Source: a virus. From it: 57,812 bases of DNA. The notes under the pieces were generated by a model, which was not told the DNA's origin, did no database searches, and saw nothing but the letters and a program-made list of their open reading frames with translations. How positions within the stretch are numbered: the first letter of the stretch is position 1; every line of letters starts with the position of its first letter. Both the position numbers and the translations under genes were made by a program. Of this stretch, positions 24,880-34,700 are shown one piece after another. Where the stretch lies: the IMG/VR virus record IMGVR_UViG_3300002143_000037, positions 1 through 57,812 of that record; one strand, written 5' to 3'.

Positions 24880-25290
24880 ATGTTTCCATTAACTGCATTA
24901 CTTGGTGTTGGTGAAAAGCTTATCGACAAGCTCATCCCAGACCCTGAAGCAAAAGCTAAAGCTCAACTTGACTTGGCTAAGATGGCACAGGACGGTGAGT
25001 TGGCTAAGATGGCTAACGACACTAAGCTATACGAGACAGAACAGAACAATCTGAGTGATCGGCATAAGGCTGATATGGGTAGTGACTCATGGCTCAGTAA
25101 GAACATTCGACCAATGACACTCATCGCAATCTTCATTGGTTATTTTACATTTGCAATGATGTCTGCTTTTGGACATAACGCCAACGAAGCATACGTGACA
25201 TTGCTTGGTCAATGGGGCATGCTTGTTATGAGTTTCTATTTTGGTGGTCGAACTTTGGAGAAGATCATTGACATGAAAGCCAACAAATGA
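24880..25290 (+). CDS. holin (GTA-type 3-TM holin family-like)
   Basis: The N-terminal LIDKLIPDPEAKAKAQLDLAKMAQDGEL and following TM segments match my memory of the 'holin of 3TMs for gene-transfer release' family. ATGA-coupled to the endolysin. Confidence 0.6.
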   Translation: MFPLTALLGVGEKLIDKLIPDPEAKAKAQLDLAKMAQDGELAKMANDTKLYETEQNNLSDRHKADMGSDSWLSKNIRPMTLIAIFIGYFTFAMMSAFGHNANEAYVTLLGQWGMLVMSFYFGGRTLEKIIDMKANK

Positions 25291-25751
25291 ACCTTACTAA
25301 AAACTTCACCTTGTCAGAACTGACAAAGAGCGAAACAGCTTTGCGTAAAGGACTAGACAATGCTCCCTCTCAAGACACCATCTCAGCTTTACAAGTGCTG
25401 GCGGTACATGTGTTGCAACCTGTACGTGACCATTACGGTAGGAGTGTCAAAGTTAATAGCGGCTATCGAAGTCCGGAAGTAAACGCTTCAGTTGGTGGTA
25501 GCAAGACAAGCGACCATTGCAAAGGCTTTGCTGCTGACATTGAAATTGGTGGTGTAGCTAATGCAGACTTGGCAGCATACATCCGTGATGAGTTACAATT
25601 CACTCAATTGATTTTAGAGTTTTATACACCCGGTGTACCCGATAGTGGTTGGGTGCATGTATCATACGACCCTGACAACTTGAAGAAACAAGTGATGACA
25701 GCTACGAAGCGTGATGGTAAAACTGTGTACTTGCCCGGTTTGGTGGCGTAA
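25287..25751 (+). CDS. endolysin, Peptidase M15 (D-Ala-D-Ala carboxypeptidase-like) family
   Basis: FTLSELTKSETA..., SGYRSPEVN, SDHCKGFAADIE and GWVHVSY give the H-D-H zinc-ligand pattern of the M15_3 family. Confidence 0.85.
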   Translation: MNLTKNFTLSELTKSETALRKGLDNAPSQDTISALQVLAVHVLQPVRDHYGRSVKVNSGYRSPEVNASVGGSKTSDHCKGFAADIEIGGVANADLAAYIRDELQFTQLILEFYTPGVPDSGWVHVSYDPDNLKKQVMTATKRDGKTVYLPGLVA

Positions 25752-25762
25752 TAGGAAACAAT

Positions 25763-28700
25763 ATGGATAAGAGCTTTACATCAAAACAAAAAGAGATTGT
25801 TGCACGTAAGATGGGTTATGACGGTCCTATGCAGGGCTTCGACACCTTCCTTGCTTCGTCGCCTTCTGAGGCTCAGAAGTATAGCGCCATTACTTCTAAG
25901 TTCGTAGAGCGTATGGCTAAGGGTGGTGTTGTTTCTAAGAAGAAGAACATGGCTGTTGGTGGTGTTGTAACCGCAACAACTCCCATTGCACCGTTAGCTG
26001 GTGGTATTCCTGAAACAAGTGTTACACCAACAATTGCGTCTGCTCCTGTCCTTACTGCCGCTACAACAACATTATCAACTGATGAGTTGGCAAAGGCTCA
26101 ATCGGCTGGTGAAACAACACAGGCCACTGGAACAACTGTAAACACGACAGAGACGGTTGCCGCACCCACCGCAGTCAAGACAACAAACGCCACTACACAG
26201 GCTACACAGCCTGCTCTTACAGCAGCACAGGCGGGGCAAGAAGCTGCTACAGGTGTTGTCGATCCACGATCACAAGTAACAGCACAGCAAGGAACTGTAT
26301 CAGATCAAGCTCAGGCTGCGGTAGCAACTGCTCCTGATGCTTCTACTATTAAGGCTCCTGATGCGTTGAAGACTACATCAGATCAAATAGCTAATGCCGC
26401 TACTGTCGCTGATGTTGGTGGTCCTACTAAAGCTACAGCACAAGTAACAGACAAACAGTTTATTGCTAAAGCTGCACAGCTTGGTGTAACACCTCAAGCT
26501 CTTGCTGCTACAGGCTATACACTTGGTGCGGCTAATGCTGCTGAAATTGAAAGAACAATTGTTGAGCAGGCAGCTAAAGCTGGTTCTGCTGAACAGGCTG
26601 TTGCTGGTCAAGCTGGTCCGGCTGACCAAATTAAAGGTGCTACATTTGATGGCACTGCACCACAAGCAACTGCTGCTACAGACTATCAGTTGGGTACAGC
26701 ACAGGCTGCTCAAATGGGCAAGACAACTGTTGAACAGGGTGCTAAAGCTGGCACTGCTGAACAGGCTGCTGCTGCCCAAGGTGCTGGTCCTGCAGATGTT
26801 AAAGCTGCTACGTTCACAGGCACTACACCGCAGGCCGTTGCTGCTTCTCAGTATGCCTTAAGCGCCACTCAGTCTGCTGAAGCCATTACAACTGCTGTAC
26901 AAGCAGCAGCTAAAGCTGGTGTCATTCCTCAAGCAATTGCTGCACAAACCGCAGCACAGTCTAGCGCTATTGCCCAACAACGTGTTGCAACACAACAAGA
27001 GTTGGTTGATATTGCTCGTCAAAACCTGCAGCTTACAGAGCCTGTTCAGGCCATTGCTGCAACAATGGAAAAGCTCAATAGTGCTGCTGTAGCATCAGCG
27101 CAGCAAGGAAGCTTTAGTCAGGCTCTGGCAACTGCACAGACTGGTAGTGTTGAAGCTGCTGCCACTGTTGCTGGTCAGATGGAAAAGCTGATGCAGCAGT
27201 TCAATGACGGTACACCTGCATGGGCTGCTGGTGCTTTGCGTCAAGCTAATGCAGCAATGGCTGCTCGTGGTCTTGGTAATAGTAGCATGGCAGGTGCTGC
27301 CATTGTGCAAGCAACGATGGAAGCGGCAGTGCCTATTGCGGCTGCTGATGCTCAGACATTTGCACAGATGGGTTTGACCAACCTGAACAATCGTCAACAA
27401 GTTTCGTTGGCTAATGCTGCAGCTATGCAAAACCTTGAGTTGGCAAACCTCAGTGCTCGTCAACAAACTGTGTTGCAGAACAGCGCTAATGCTTTTGCTT
27501 TGCAGGGTCAGAACCTTTCTAACCAACAGTCTGTTGTGCTTGCTAACGCTCAGCTTAAAGCTGCGATGCAAGAGAAGAACTTGGATGTTAAGACACAGGT
27601 TGCTTTAACCAATGCTGCTCGTTATGCTGAAGTGAACAACATCAACTTGAGCAATGCACAGCAAGCAGCAATGCAACGTTCTGCTGAGAATGCACAGTTT
27701 GATCTTGCGAACTTGTCTAACACTCAGCAAACTGCTTTGTCTAATTTGCAGGTGAGAGCAGCCATCACTGGTCAAGAACTCAACAACGAGCAACAGGTTG
27801 CTATGTTGCAGAGCACTCAAGCTTTTGCTGCTATGCAACAAACTGCTACAAACAAACAACAAGCGTTTGTTCAAGACGCACAAGCTGATGCTGCCCTCAA
27901 AGGTCAAGTGTTATCTAATCAGCAACAAACTGCTTTGTTCAATGCATCATCTGTGCTTGAAGAACGCAAGATCAATCTTAGCAATGAGCAACAAACATTG
28001 TTGTTCAACAGTGCTAACAAGCTACAAGTTGACATTGCAAACCTGTCCAACACACAGCAAACAGCATTGGCTAACTTGCAAGTTAGGGCTGCGCTGCAAG
28101 GCCAAGAGTTGTCTAATGATCAACAAGTTGCAATGCTGCAAAGCACACAGAACTTTGAAGCTGCAAACTTCAATGCTACAACCAAGCAACAATCTTTCCT
28201 TGCATCGTTCAATGCTGATGCTGCTCTCAAAGGTCAAGTGCTGTCTAACCAGCAACAAACTCAATTGTTTAATGTGTCTTCTGTTTTGGAAGAGCGTAAG
28301 ATTGAGTTGAACAATGAACAGCAAGCTCTCCTTACCAACAGCGCTAATAAGATGCAGATTGATGTAGCAAATCTTTCAGCTACACAACAAACTGCTTTGG
28401 CTAACTTACAAGTGAGGGCAACACTTCAGGGTCAAGAGCTTACTAACGAGCAACAGATGGCTGTGTTGCAAAGCACACAGAACTTTGAAGCTGCTGGTAT
28501 TGATGCGTCTGCTCAGCAGCAGGCGTTCATCTCTACGTTTAATGCTGACGCTGCTCTCAAAGGTCAAGTGTTGTCTAACCAACAGCAGACATCATTGTTC
28601 AATGTTTCGTCTGCCTTGCAAGAGCGTGGCCTTCAGTTCAACGCCGAGCAACAAACAAACCTGTTTAATACAACCAGTGCGTTGCAGATTGAAACAACTA

Positions 28701-29683
28701 ACCTGTCTAACAAGCAACAGACAGCTTTGGCAAATGCACAGATCGATGCAGCGCTGAAAGGTCAAGAGCTTAACAACAAGCAACAAGTGAACATCACTAA
28801 TGCTGCCCGTGTTGCTGAAGTGGCTAATGTCAACTTCACAGCAGAACAGCAAACAGCCTTGGCGAATGCTCAGTTTATTCAACAGATTAACTTGGCAGAC
28901 CTGAGCAATGAACAAGCTACAACACTAGCTAATGCAGCCACCTTTGCTTCGATGGACATGGCAAACCTCAATGCTCGTCAACAAACTGCTGTACAGAATG
29001 CTCAGTCTTTCTTGGCTACAGACATGAAGAACTTGGACAACAAGCAACAGATGGCTGTACTGAAGAGTCAACAAGTTGCTCAGTCTATTTTGTCTGATGC
29101 TTCTGCGGCCAATGCTGCTTCATTGACTAATGCCACAAATGCAATTGATGTTGAGAAGATCAATGCTACATTGTCTATGACAGCTAACCAATTCAATGCT
29201 GCTGAAAAGAATAAAGTAGAGTTGGCTAATATGGTTGCTGGTAATGAACTTGCAAAGTTTAATGCTCAGGCTGATAATCAACGTGCAGAGTTTAACTCTA
29301 ACATGGCAACACAGATTAACGTAGCCAATGCTAAAATCTTGGCTGATGTTTCTACAGCTAACACCGCTGCGATCAACGCTACCAATGCTGTCAACGCTAA
29401 GACTTATACAGACCTCTCCGCTGCCAATTATGCACAGGTGTCACAGACCTATCGTGATTTGCTTGAGATGTCTTGGAAGACTGGTGAGAGTGAGAAAGAT
29501 AGAGTGATGGAGATTGCTAAAGCTACTATGACTTCTAACGCCTCTATTACTGCTGCAGAAAAAACAGCAACAGCAGAGGGTTATAGCGCCATAGGTTCTG
29601 CTGCCCTTACTGCGCTTGGTAGTGATCAGGCATGGACTCTGTTGGGTAAGGGCATCACTGCTGTTGGTAAACTAATCCCGTAA
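25763..29683 (+). CDS. giant Q/N/A-rich repeat protein (1306 aa), candidate internal/ejection protein
   Basis: One uninterrupted ORF. N-terminal RMAKGGVVSKKK. A long array of ~22-aa NLSNxQQxAL-type repeats includes 330-bp tandem DNA repeats. Confidence 0.8.
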   Translation: MDKSFTSKQKEIVARKMGYDGPMQGFDTFLASSPSEAQKYSAITSKFVERMAKGGVVSKKKNMAVGGVVTATTPIAPLAGGIPETSVTPTIASAPVLTAATTTLSTDELAKAQSAGETTQATGTTVNTTETVAAPTAVKTTNATTQATQPALTAAQAGQEAATGVVDPRSQVTAQQGTVSDQAQAAVATAPDASTIKAPDALKTTSDQIANAATVADVGGPTKATAQVTDKQFIAKAAQLGVTPQALAATGYTLGAANAAEIERTIVEQAAKAGSAEQAVAGQAGPADQIKGATFDGTAPQATAATDYQLGTAQAAQMGKTTVEQGAKAGTAEQAAAAQGAGPADVKAATFTGTTPQAVAASQYALSATQSAEAITTAVQAAAKAGVIPQAIAAQTAAQSSAIAQQRVATQQELVDIARQNLQLTEPVQAIAATMEKLNSAAVASAQQGSFSQALATAQTGSVEAAATVAGQMEKLMQQFNDGTPAWAAGALRQANAAMAARGLGNSSMAGAAIVQATMEAAVPIAAADAQTFAQMGLTNLNNRQQVSLANAAAMQNLELANLSARQQTVLQNSANAFALQGQNLSNQQSVVLANAQLKAAMQEKNLDVKTQVALTNAARYAEVNNINLSNAQQAAMQRSAENAQFDLANLSNTQQTALSNLQVRAAITGQELNNEQQVAMLQSTQAFAAMQQTATNKQQAFVQDAQADAALKGQVLSNQQQTALFNASSVLEERKINLSNEQQTLLFNSANKLQVDIANLSNTQQTALANLQVRAALQGQELSNDQQVAMLQSTQNFEAANFNATTKQQSFLASFNADAALKGQVLSNQQQTQLFNVSSVLEERKIELNNEQQALLTNSANKMQIDVANLSATQQTALANLQVRATLQGQELTNEQQMAVLQSTQNFEAAGIDASAQQQAFISTFNADAALKGQVLSNQQQTSLFNVSSALQERGLQFNAEQQTNLFNTTSALQIETTNLSNKQQTALANAQIDAALKGQELNNKQQVNITNAARVAEVANVNFTAEQQTALANAQFIQQINLADLSNEQATTLANAATFASMDMANLNARQQTAVQNAQSFLATDMKNLDNKQQMAVLKSQQVAQSILSDASAANAASLTNATNAIDVEKINATLSMTANQFNAAEKNKVELANMVAGNELAKFNAQADNQRAEFNSNMATQINVANAKILADVSTANTAAINATNAVNAKTYTDLSAANYAQVSQTYRDLLEMSWKTGESEKDRVMEIAKATMTSNASITAAEKTATAEGYSAIGSAALTALGSDQAWTLLGKGITAVGKLIP
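27707..28873 (+). repeat. About 3.5 in-frame tandem copies of a 330-bp (110-aa) unit
   Basis: GCTGA(T/C)GCTGC(C/T)CTCAAAGGTCAAGTG restarts at 27884, 28214 and 28544. A partial copy begins at about 27707. The last copy is divergent. Confidence 0.85.
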
Positions 29684-29700
29684 TAAAAGAAAGACTAACA

Positions 29701-29910
29701 ATGCAACACATTCGTTCCTACGCTGATAAGATTGAAGCTATCATTGCTTCACGTACAGCTACTAAAGAAACAAAGAAGCAGTCTAAGGGACTATTGGCTC
29801 CGTCTAAAGGCGCTGACGCATCCAAAGAACGTACACAACTGGAAATGATTGCCGACATTGTGCAAGGTATTCGTGAAGCTAAAGAGGAAATCTTAAATGC
29901 TAGAAAATGA
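29701..29910 (+). CDS. hypothetical protein (69 aa)
   Basis: AAAGAAAGA upstream. It overlaps the next gene by 14 nt. Confidence 0.55.
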   Translation: MQHIRSYADKIEAIIASRTATKETKKQSKGLLAPSKGADASKERTQLEMIADIVQGIREAKEEILNARK

Positions 29911-30400
29911 AAGCAAACTTGGTGACGTATTGTCTACAGTACCGCCCGGTATTTCTTGGACAGCCCCGTCAAAAGGACGACCTTGGATGAATCAACCCAA
30001 GGTTGTTGACGTATCTAATGTTGCTCAGGGCTACATCAATAGTCTTGGTCAGGCTGAAGCGGCCAACGACATCTTGGATGCGCTGGAGAGTAAGATGCCA
30101 TTGGCAACAATTGCTGAAGCATTCATGCTCACTGCTGTCAATAAAGGTAGACACACCCTTGATGCTGGCATCTTGGTTATGCCTGTCATCATTGAGTTGT
30201 TGCAGTCTATTGCTGATCTGAATAAGATTAAAACTGTGAAGTACACTGAAGACTTGGAGAAGGGCACTACTGTTCCTCCCCGTGTGCTTCGACAGTTTAT
30301 GGAACAAGCAAAGAACAATACTGTTGAAGAACCAGTTGTTGAAGAAGCTGCTGTAGAGCCTATGGGTTTGATGGCACGTAAGAATAAAGAGGTGATGTAA
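29897..30400 (+). CDS. hypothetical virion-module protein (167 aa)
   Basis: Packed between the giant genes. ATGTAATG coupling to the next gene. Confidence 0.6.
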   Translation: MLENESKLGDVLSTVPPGISWTAPSKGRPWMNQPKVVDVSNVAQGYINSLGQAEAANDILDALESKMPLATIAEAFMLTAVNKGRHTLDAGILVMPVIIELLQSIADLNKIKTVKYTEDLEKGTTVPPRVLRQFMEQAKNNTVEEPVVEEAAVEPMGLMARKNKEVM

Positions 30401-31782
30401 TGGGAGCGTTTCTTTCCTTTGTAGGTGGTGCAGCTAAGCAGTTTGTTTCTAGCGTAGATAAAGCTGAAGAAGATGCCAAAGAGATGGCGAAGTCTAGCTT
30501 TAACGGTTTGTATAAGCGTTACGAAGAGAACGCTGAGTCCAATCGTGAGTTGACTAACAAGATGAAGGCTGAAGAGGACTATATCAAGACGATGTGGAAA
30601 GGTGCTACACCTGAACAGGTCAATGAACTACTCGCCAACCCTGTTGCATTAGAAGCAATTAAGAAGACTAAGAATCCTTCATCGATTAGCTTGGACAACT
30701 ACATCAAAGTTATCAAGGGTAACGAGTCTACATCTACTGGCGCTGAACGTGCTGCTGCTCTAGGTCCGCTTGTTGAACAGGTTAAGCAGAAGATGCAACC
30801 GAAAGAAACTGAGAAGAGTGGTGGTAGTCCTATTGGTGCTTTCTTCCGTGATGTTGGTAAGGACCGTATGGAATCTGACATGGCTCAGTTTGCTAAAGGT
30901 CAGGGCTTGACGTTGGAGGAAATGCGCAGCAACGCTAAAGCAACTCGCCCTACTGGTAGCGCTACTTTTGATATGGGTGCGTTGCAGGAAGCACCAAAGA
31001 ACACAAAAGAGATGATCGACACTCTTGAGGTTAAGCGCGTTCAAGCCCTTCAGCAGTTTGGTAAAGACAGTAAAGAAGTTGCTGACATCACTGGCACAAT
31101 TAACCAGATTACAAGTCTTGGTGCGACTGCTGATAAGAGTCCTGAAGCTCGTGCTAACCGATTGATGATTGCTATTCAAGATGCTAAAGACCCTGAACAA
31201 GTTAAAGATCTTAAGAGTCAACTCAAGACTACTCAATCTGCTATTAAGGAACACAAAGAATTGACTTCTACAAAGAGTCCATCGGAACTTAAAGATGTGT
31301 ATTCAAAGATGAAGACAAGCGTCAATGACTTTGTCAACAACAGAATGCGTAATGATAAAGGGTTTGATTGGAACAAGTACTATGAGTTTAAAACCTTCAA
31401 TGATCCAGCAACTGGTGAAACTATTACAAGCCGTACACAAAAAGCTGAACTGAAACCAGAAGAGCAAAAAGTAGTGTTTGAAAAAGAGCGTCAGATTATG
31501 ATGAATGCTTTGAAGACTAACGGTTATGTTATCAATGATGGTACTCCACGAAGTGTTGTTGCTCAAGAGTTCATGAACAACTTCAACATTCGTGCTGCTG
31601 ATTTGGCAAGCGATGCACCATCACCTATACCAACGGCAGCAACAGCGGTACAACCCACTAATCCTGTAGTTGCAACTAAAACTGTTAGTATAGCTAAGGT
31701 ACAGGAACAAGCTAGAGCTAACAATGTTCCTTATGAGCAAGCTGCAGAAGAAGCTCGTAAGCAAGGCTACACAATTAAGTAA
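30400..31782 (+). CDS. hypothetical virion-module protein (460 aa), Lys/Glu-rich helical
   Basis: A long ORF in the internal-protein block. No enzymatic motif seen. Confidence 0.7.
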   Translation: MGAFLSFVGGAAKQFVSSVDKAEEDAKEMAKSSFNGLYKRYEENAESNRELTNKMKAEEDYIKTMWKGATPEQVNELLANPVALEAIKKTKNPSSISLDNYIKVIKGNESTSTGAERAAALGPLVEQVKQKMQPKETEKSGGSPIGAFFRDVGKDRMESDMAQFAKGQGLTLEEMRSNAKATRPTGSATFDMGALQEAPKNTKEMIDTLEVKRVQALQQFGKDSKEVADITGTINQITSLGATADKSPEARANRLMIAIQDAKDPEQVKDLKSQLKTTQSAIKEHKELTSTKSPSELKDVYSKMKTSVNDFVNNRMRNDKGFDWNKYYEFKTFNDPATGETITSRTQKAELKPEEQKVVFEKERQIMMNALKTNGYVINDGTPRSVVAQEFMNNFNIRAADLASDAPSPIPTAATAVQPTNPVVATKTVSIAKVQEQARANNVPYEQAAEEARKQGYTIK

Positions 31783-31787
31783 CACTC

Positions 31788-34700
31788 ATGGCAACATTTA
31801 ATTTTGAAGAAGACAAGACAACACCATCGTTCAACTTTGAAGAGAAGCCAAATACTTTTAACTTTGAAGAAGAGTCAACACAGGCTTTAAAACCTACACC
31901 ACAGCAAATCGAACGCATTGCATCACAACCTGTACCAAGCGTCACAGCCCCCATCACTGGTGAGGGTGGTGCTGCATTCGGTATGGTTCCTAAAGCTGGC
32001 GGCAAAGCTCGTCCTGTTGAAGCTAAGAAGCCTATTGAAATTGCTACAGGCAAAGACTTCACAGGTTTGGATACAGCTATCGAGAAGCTAACACCTAAGT
32101 CACAACCAAGCGTCACTGCTCCTATTGAGGGTGAGGGTGGTGCTGCATTCGGTATGGTTCCTAAGCAGAAGTTTGGTGGTCGCAATATTGGCTTGACACC
32201 AGAGGTGGCTGCACAGTCTCCAGAGATTGTTCAGTTTGCCACAGACTATTTCAAATCAAGTCGTCCTAACAAACCAATCCCTAAAGACCCTGTGAAGTTG
32301 ATGACAGAGTTTCGTTCATCGTTCAACAAAGACACACTTGATGAAGTGAGAGACTTGACTAGGTTGTTGAATGCATCACCACAACAAAAAGAGATGGAGA
32401 TTAAGGCTCGTGATGTTGCCACTAAGATGGGTGGTGATGTTATGGAGACAGTTGCTAATGTTGCAACAGACCCGTTTACATACGTTGGTGCTGGTGCAGG
32501 CTGGGCATACAAACAAGCAGCATTGCGTACAACACAATCGTTGGCACGCACACAGCTTAAAACTGCTGGTGTCACCGCGCTCACTGAAGGTGTAGTTGCT
32601 GGCGGTACAAACATTGTGCAACAGAAACAAGATGTACAACTTGCTGTGCGTGATGAAGTGAGCTACCTAGAGACAGCAGTTGTTGCTGGTCTTAGCATGG
32701 CCGTTGAAGGCGCTGTTGCTGCGAAGACCGTTGCCAGTGGTGGTAAGCGTACAGCAGAGCGCATTGATGATTTAAGAGCTACAGCAAAGCCTACAGCATC
32801 TGACAAAGCCACTGAAGATTTCAAAGCTAAGTTTGCTGAGAAAGAAAAGCAAGTTTTGGCTCCATTGTTTGAGTCGTCTACAGAGCGTCAAGCTGCACGT
32901 GAAGCTACGTTTGATACAGTGTCACCACCTACAGATGCTATGCAGTCTGTGCTGAAGAAGCCTATTGTCGATGACATCTTTAAGGTGGCTAAGCAACTCT
33001 TCATAGACAACCCAGACCTGCGTCCAAACCTTGAAGAAGTCAGGACAGTACAGGGTATTGTTGATGCATTGAACGTGGCAGACGAAGATGTCATTCAGCA
33101 GGCCGCATCACGTGCTGGTGTTAAACCTGCAGACTTCCTTGAGATGTTTAAAGTGCAGGCTTCAGAGGCTGGTGCATTCTTGCAACAAGCTAAGTCCACT
33201 GCTGACATGCTGCGTAAGATGACCAATGGTGATCCTCAGTTGGAGGATGCATTTAAACGCATGTTGAATGCTGGTGCTGGTACAGAATACTTGTCAGGTA
33301 AGATATTGGGTGGCATCAAGACCACTACAGGCGCTTCAGTTGGTGCATCCACTGCTGGCCTTAGCACTGCTGTCATGAACGCTATTGGTTTGACAGGTAC
33401 GTTGGGTATTCAAGTTGCTGGTGATGTCATGGAAGCAACGATTAAGTCTGCTGGTCGTATGGTCAATGACTTGCGTGGTGGTGGCGCTCCTATCAATTCT
33501 ACACGTGTGCAAGAAGAGATTGGTACTATCTTTGCTGATGGTGGCTTTGTGTTGTCTAAGTTGATGGATGCTGGTTACACCAAAGAGTTGGCTGATATGG
33601 CGTTGAAGAACAACCCACGTCTTAACAACCTCATTACAAACGTTGGTGCTGAAGTTGAGACACAAGGTGGTAGCCCAGTCAATGATGTGATACGTACCCT
33701 TAACATCTTTAACCGTGCAGTTGATGGTGTTGTACGTGGTCCAATCTTTGTACAGAGTGTGAAGAACCGCATGAAAGATGTTGGTCTTGACTTTGAAGAC
33801 TTCATAGCTAATGACAAGCCCGTGCCAACATCGCTGCTCAAAGCTGCCGCTGAAGACACAATGAAGATGACGTTCTCTTATTCGTTCAAAAACACTGGTG
33901 AAAAGAGTATTGAAGGTTTGTCTGAAGACTTAGCATTTAAAACACTACAGACAATCAACAGTAATGCTGGTGCTGGTGTCATTAAAGACTTTGTGGCTCC
34001 GTTTATTCGCTTCCAACTTAATGCTGTGCGATACACCTATCGTATGACACCCTTCAGTGGTGTTGGTGGTATTCAGGAAATCAATAAAGCACTTGAATTA
34101 TTTGCTAGAGGTAAGACGTTGGAGGCTGAAGGTGTTGCATATGATGCCAAGCGTAAAGTGCTAGACAGTGCTGTTGGTACTGCTGCTATTGTTGGTGCTA
34201 TTGCATTCCGCGAAGATAATTCTGATGTTGCTTTCTACCAATACAAAGATGAAGACGGTAACGTTAAAGACGGTAGCACTTTGTTCCCATACGTGAACAT
34301 TATGGCATTGGCTGAAGCATCTTTGGTGATGAAGGACATCGGCAAAGAACTCTGGTACACCACAACAATGTCACCAGAAGAACGTGCTACAGAAGCTACG
34401 AAGATTAAAGAACAAGCCGATGCTCTGCCTGATAACGATCCACAGAAGCAAAGCCTCACTAACCAATATGAGTTGCTGCAACTGGGGCGTGTGCGTAACT
34501 TTGAAGGCGGTAAGTTTGCTGAAATCATTGCAGGTATGGGCCGATCTGCTGGCGTGCAGAAGTCTGTGTTTAATACTCTTGCTGAAACAGTAGAGGGTGG
34601 TATCACTGAGAGCATGGAGAAGAAGGGTGGTCAAGTTGTTGGTGATTTCATCAGCCGCTTTGATAACGTATTGAGTCCAATCTATGACGCTGTCAACTTC

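Noticed and set aside
27707-28873. Tandem repeats considered as a CRISPR-like or satellite array
   Set aside because: The period is 330 bp with no spacer-repeat structure. The array is perfectly in frame within a 1306-aa ORF, and the repeats diverge at the protein level. It is a coding repeat.
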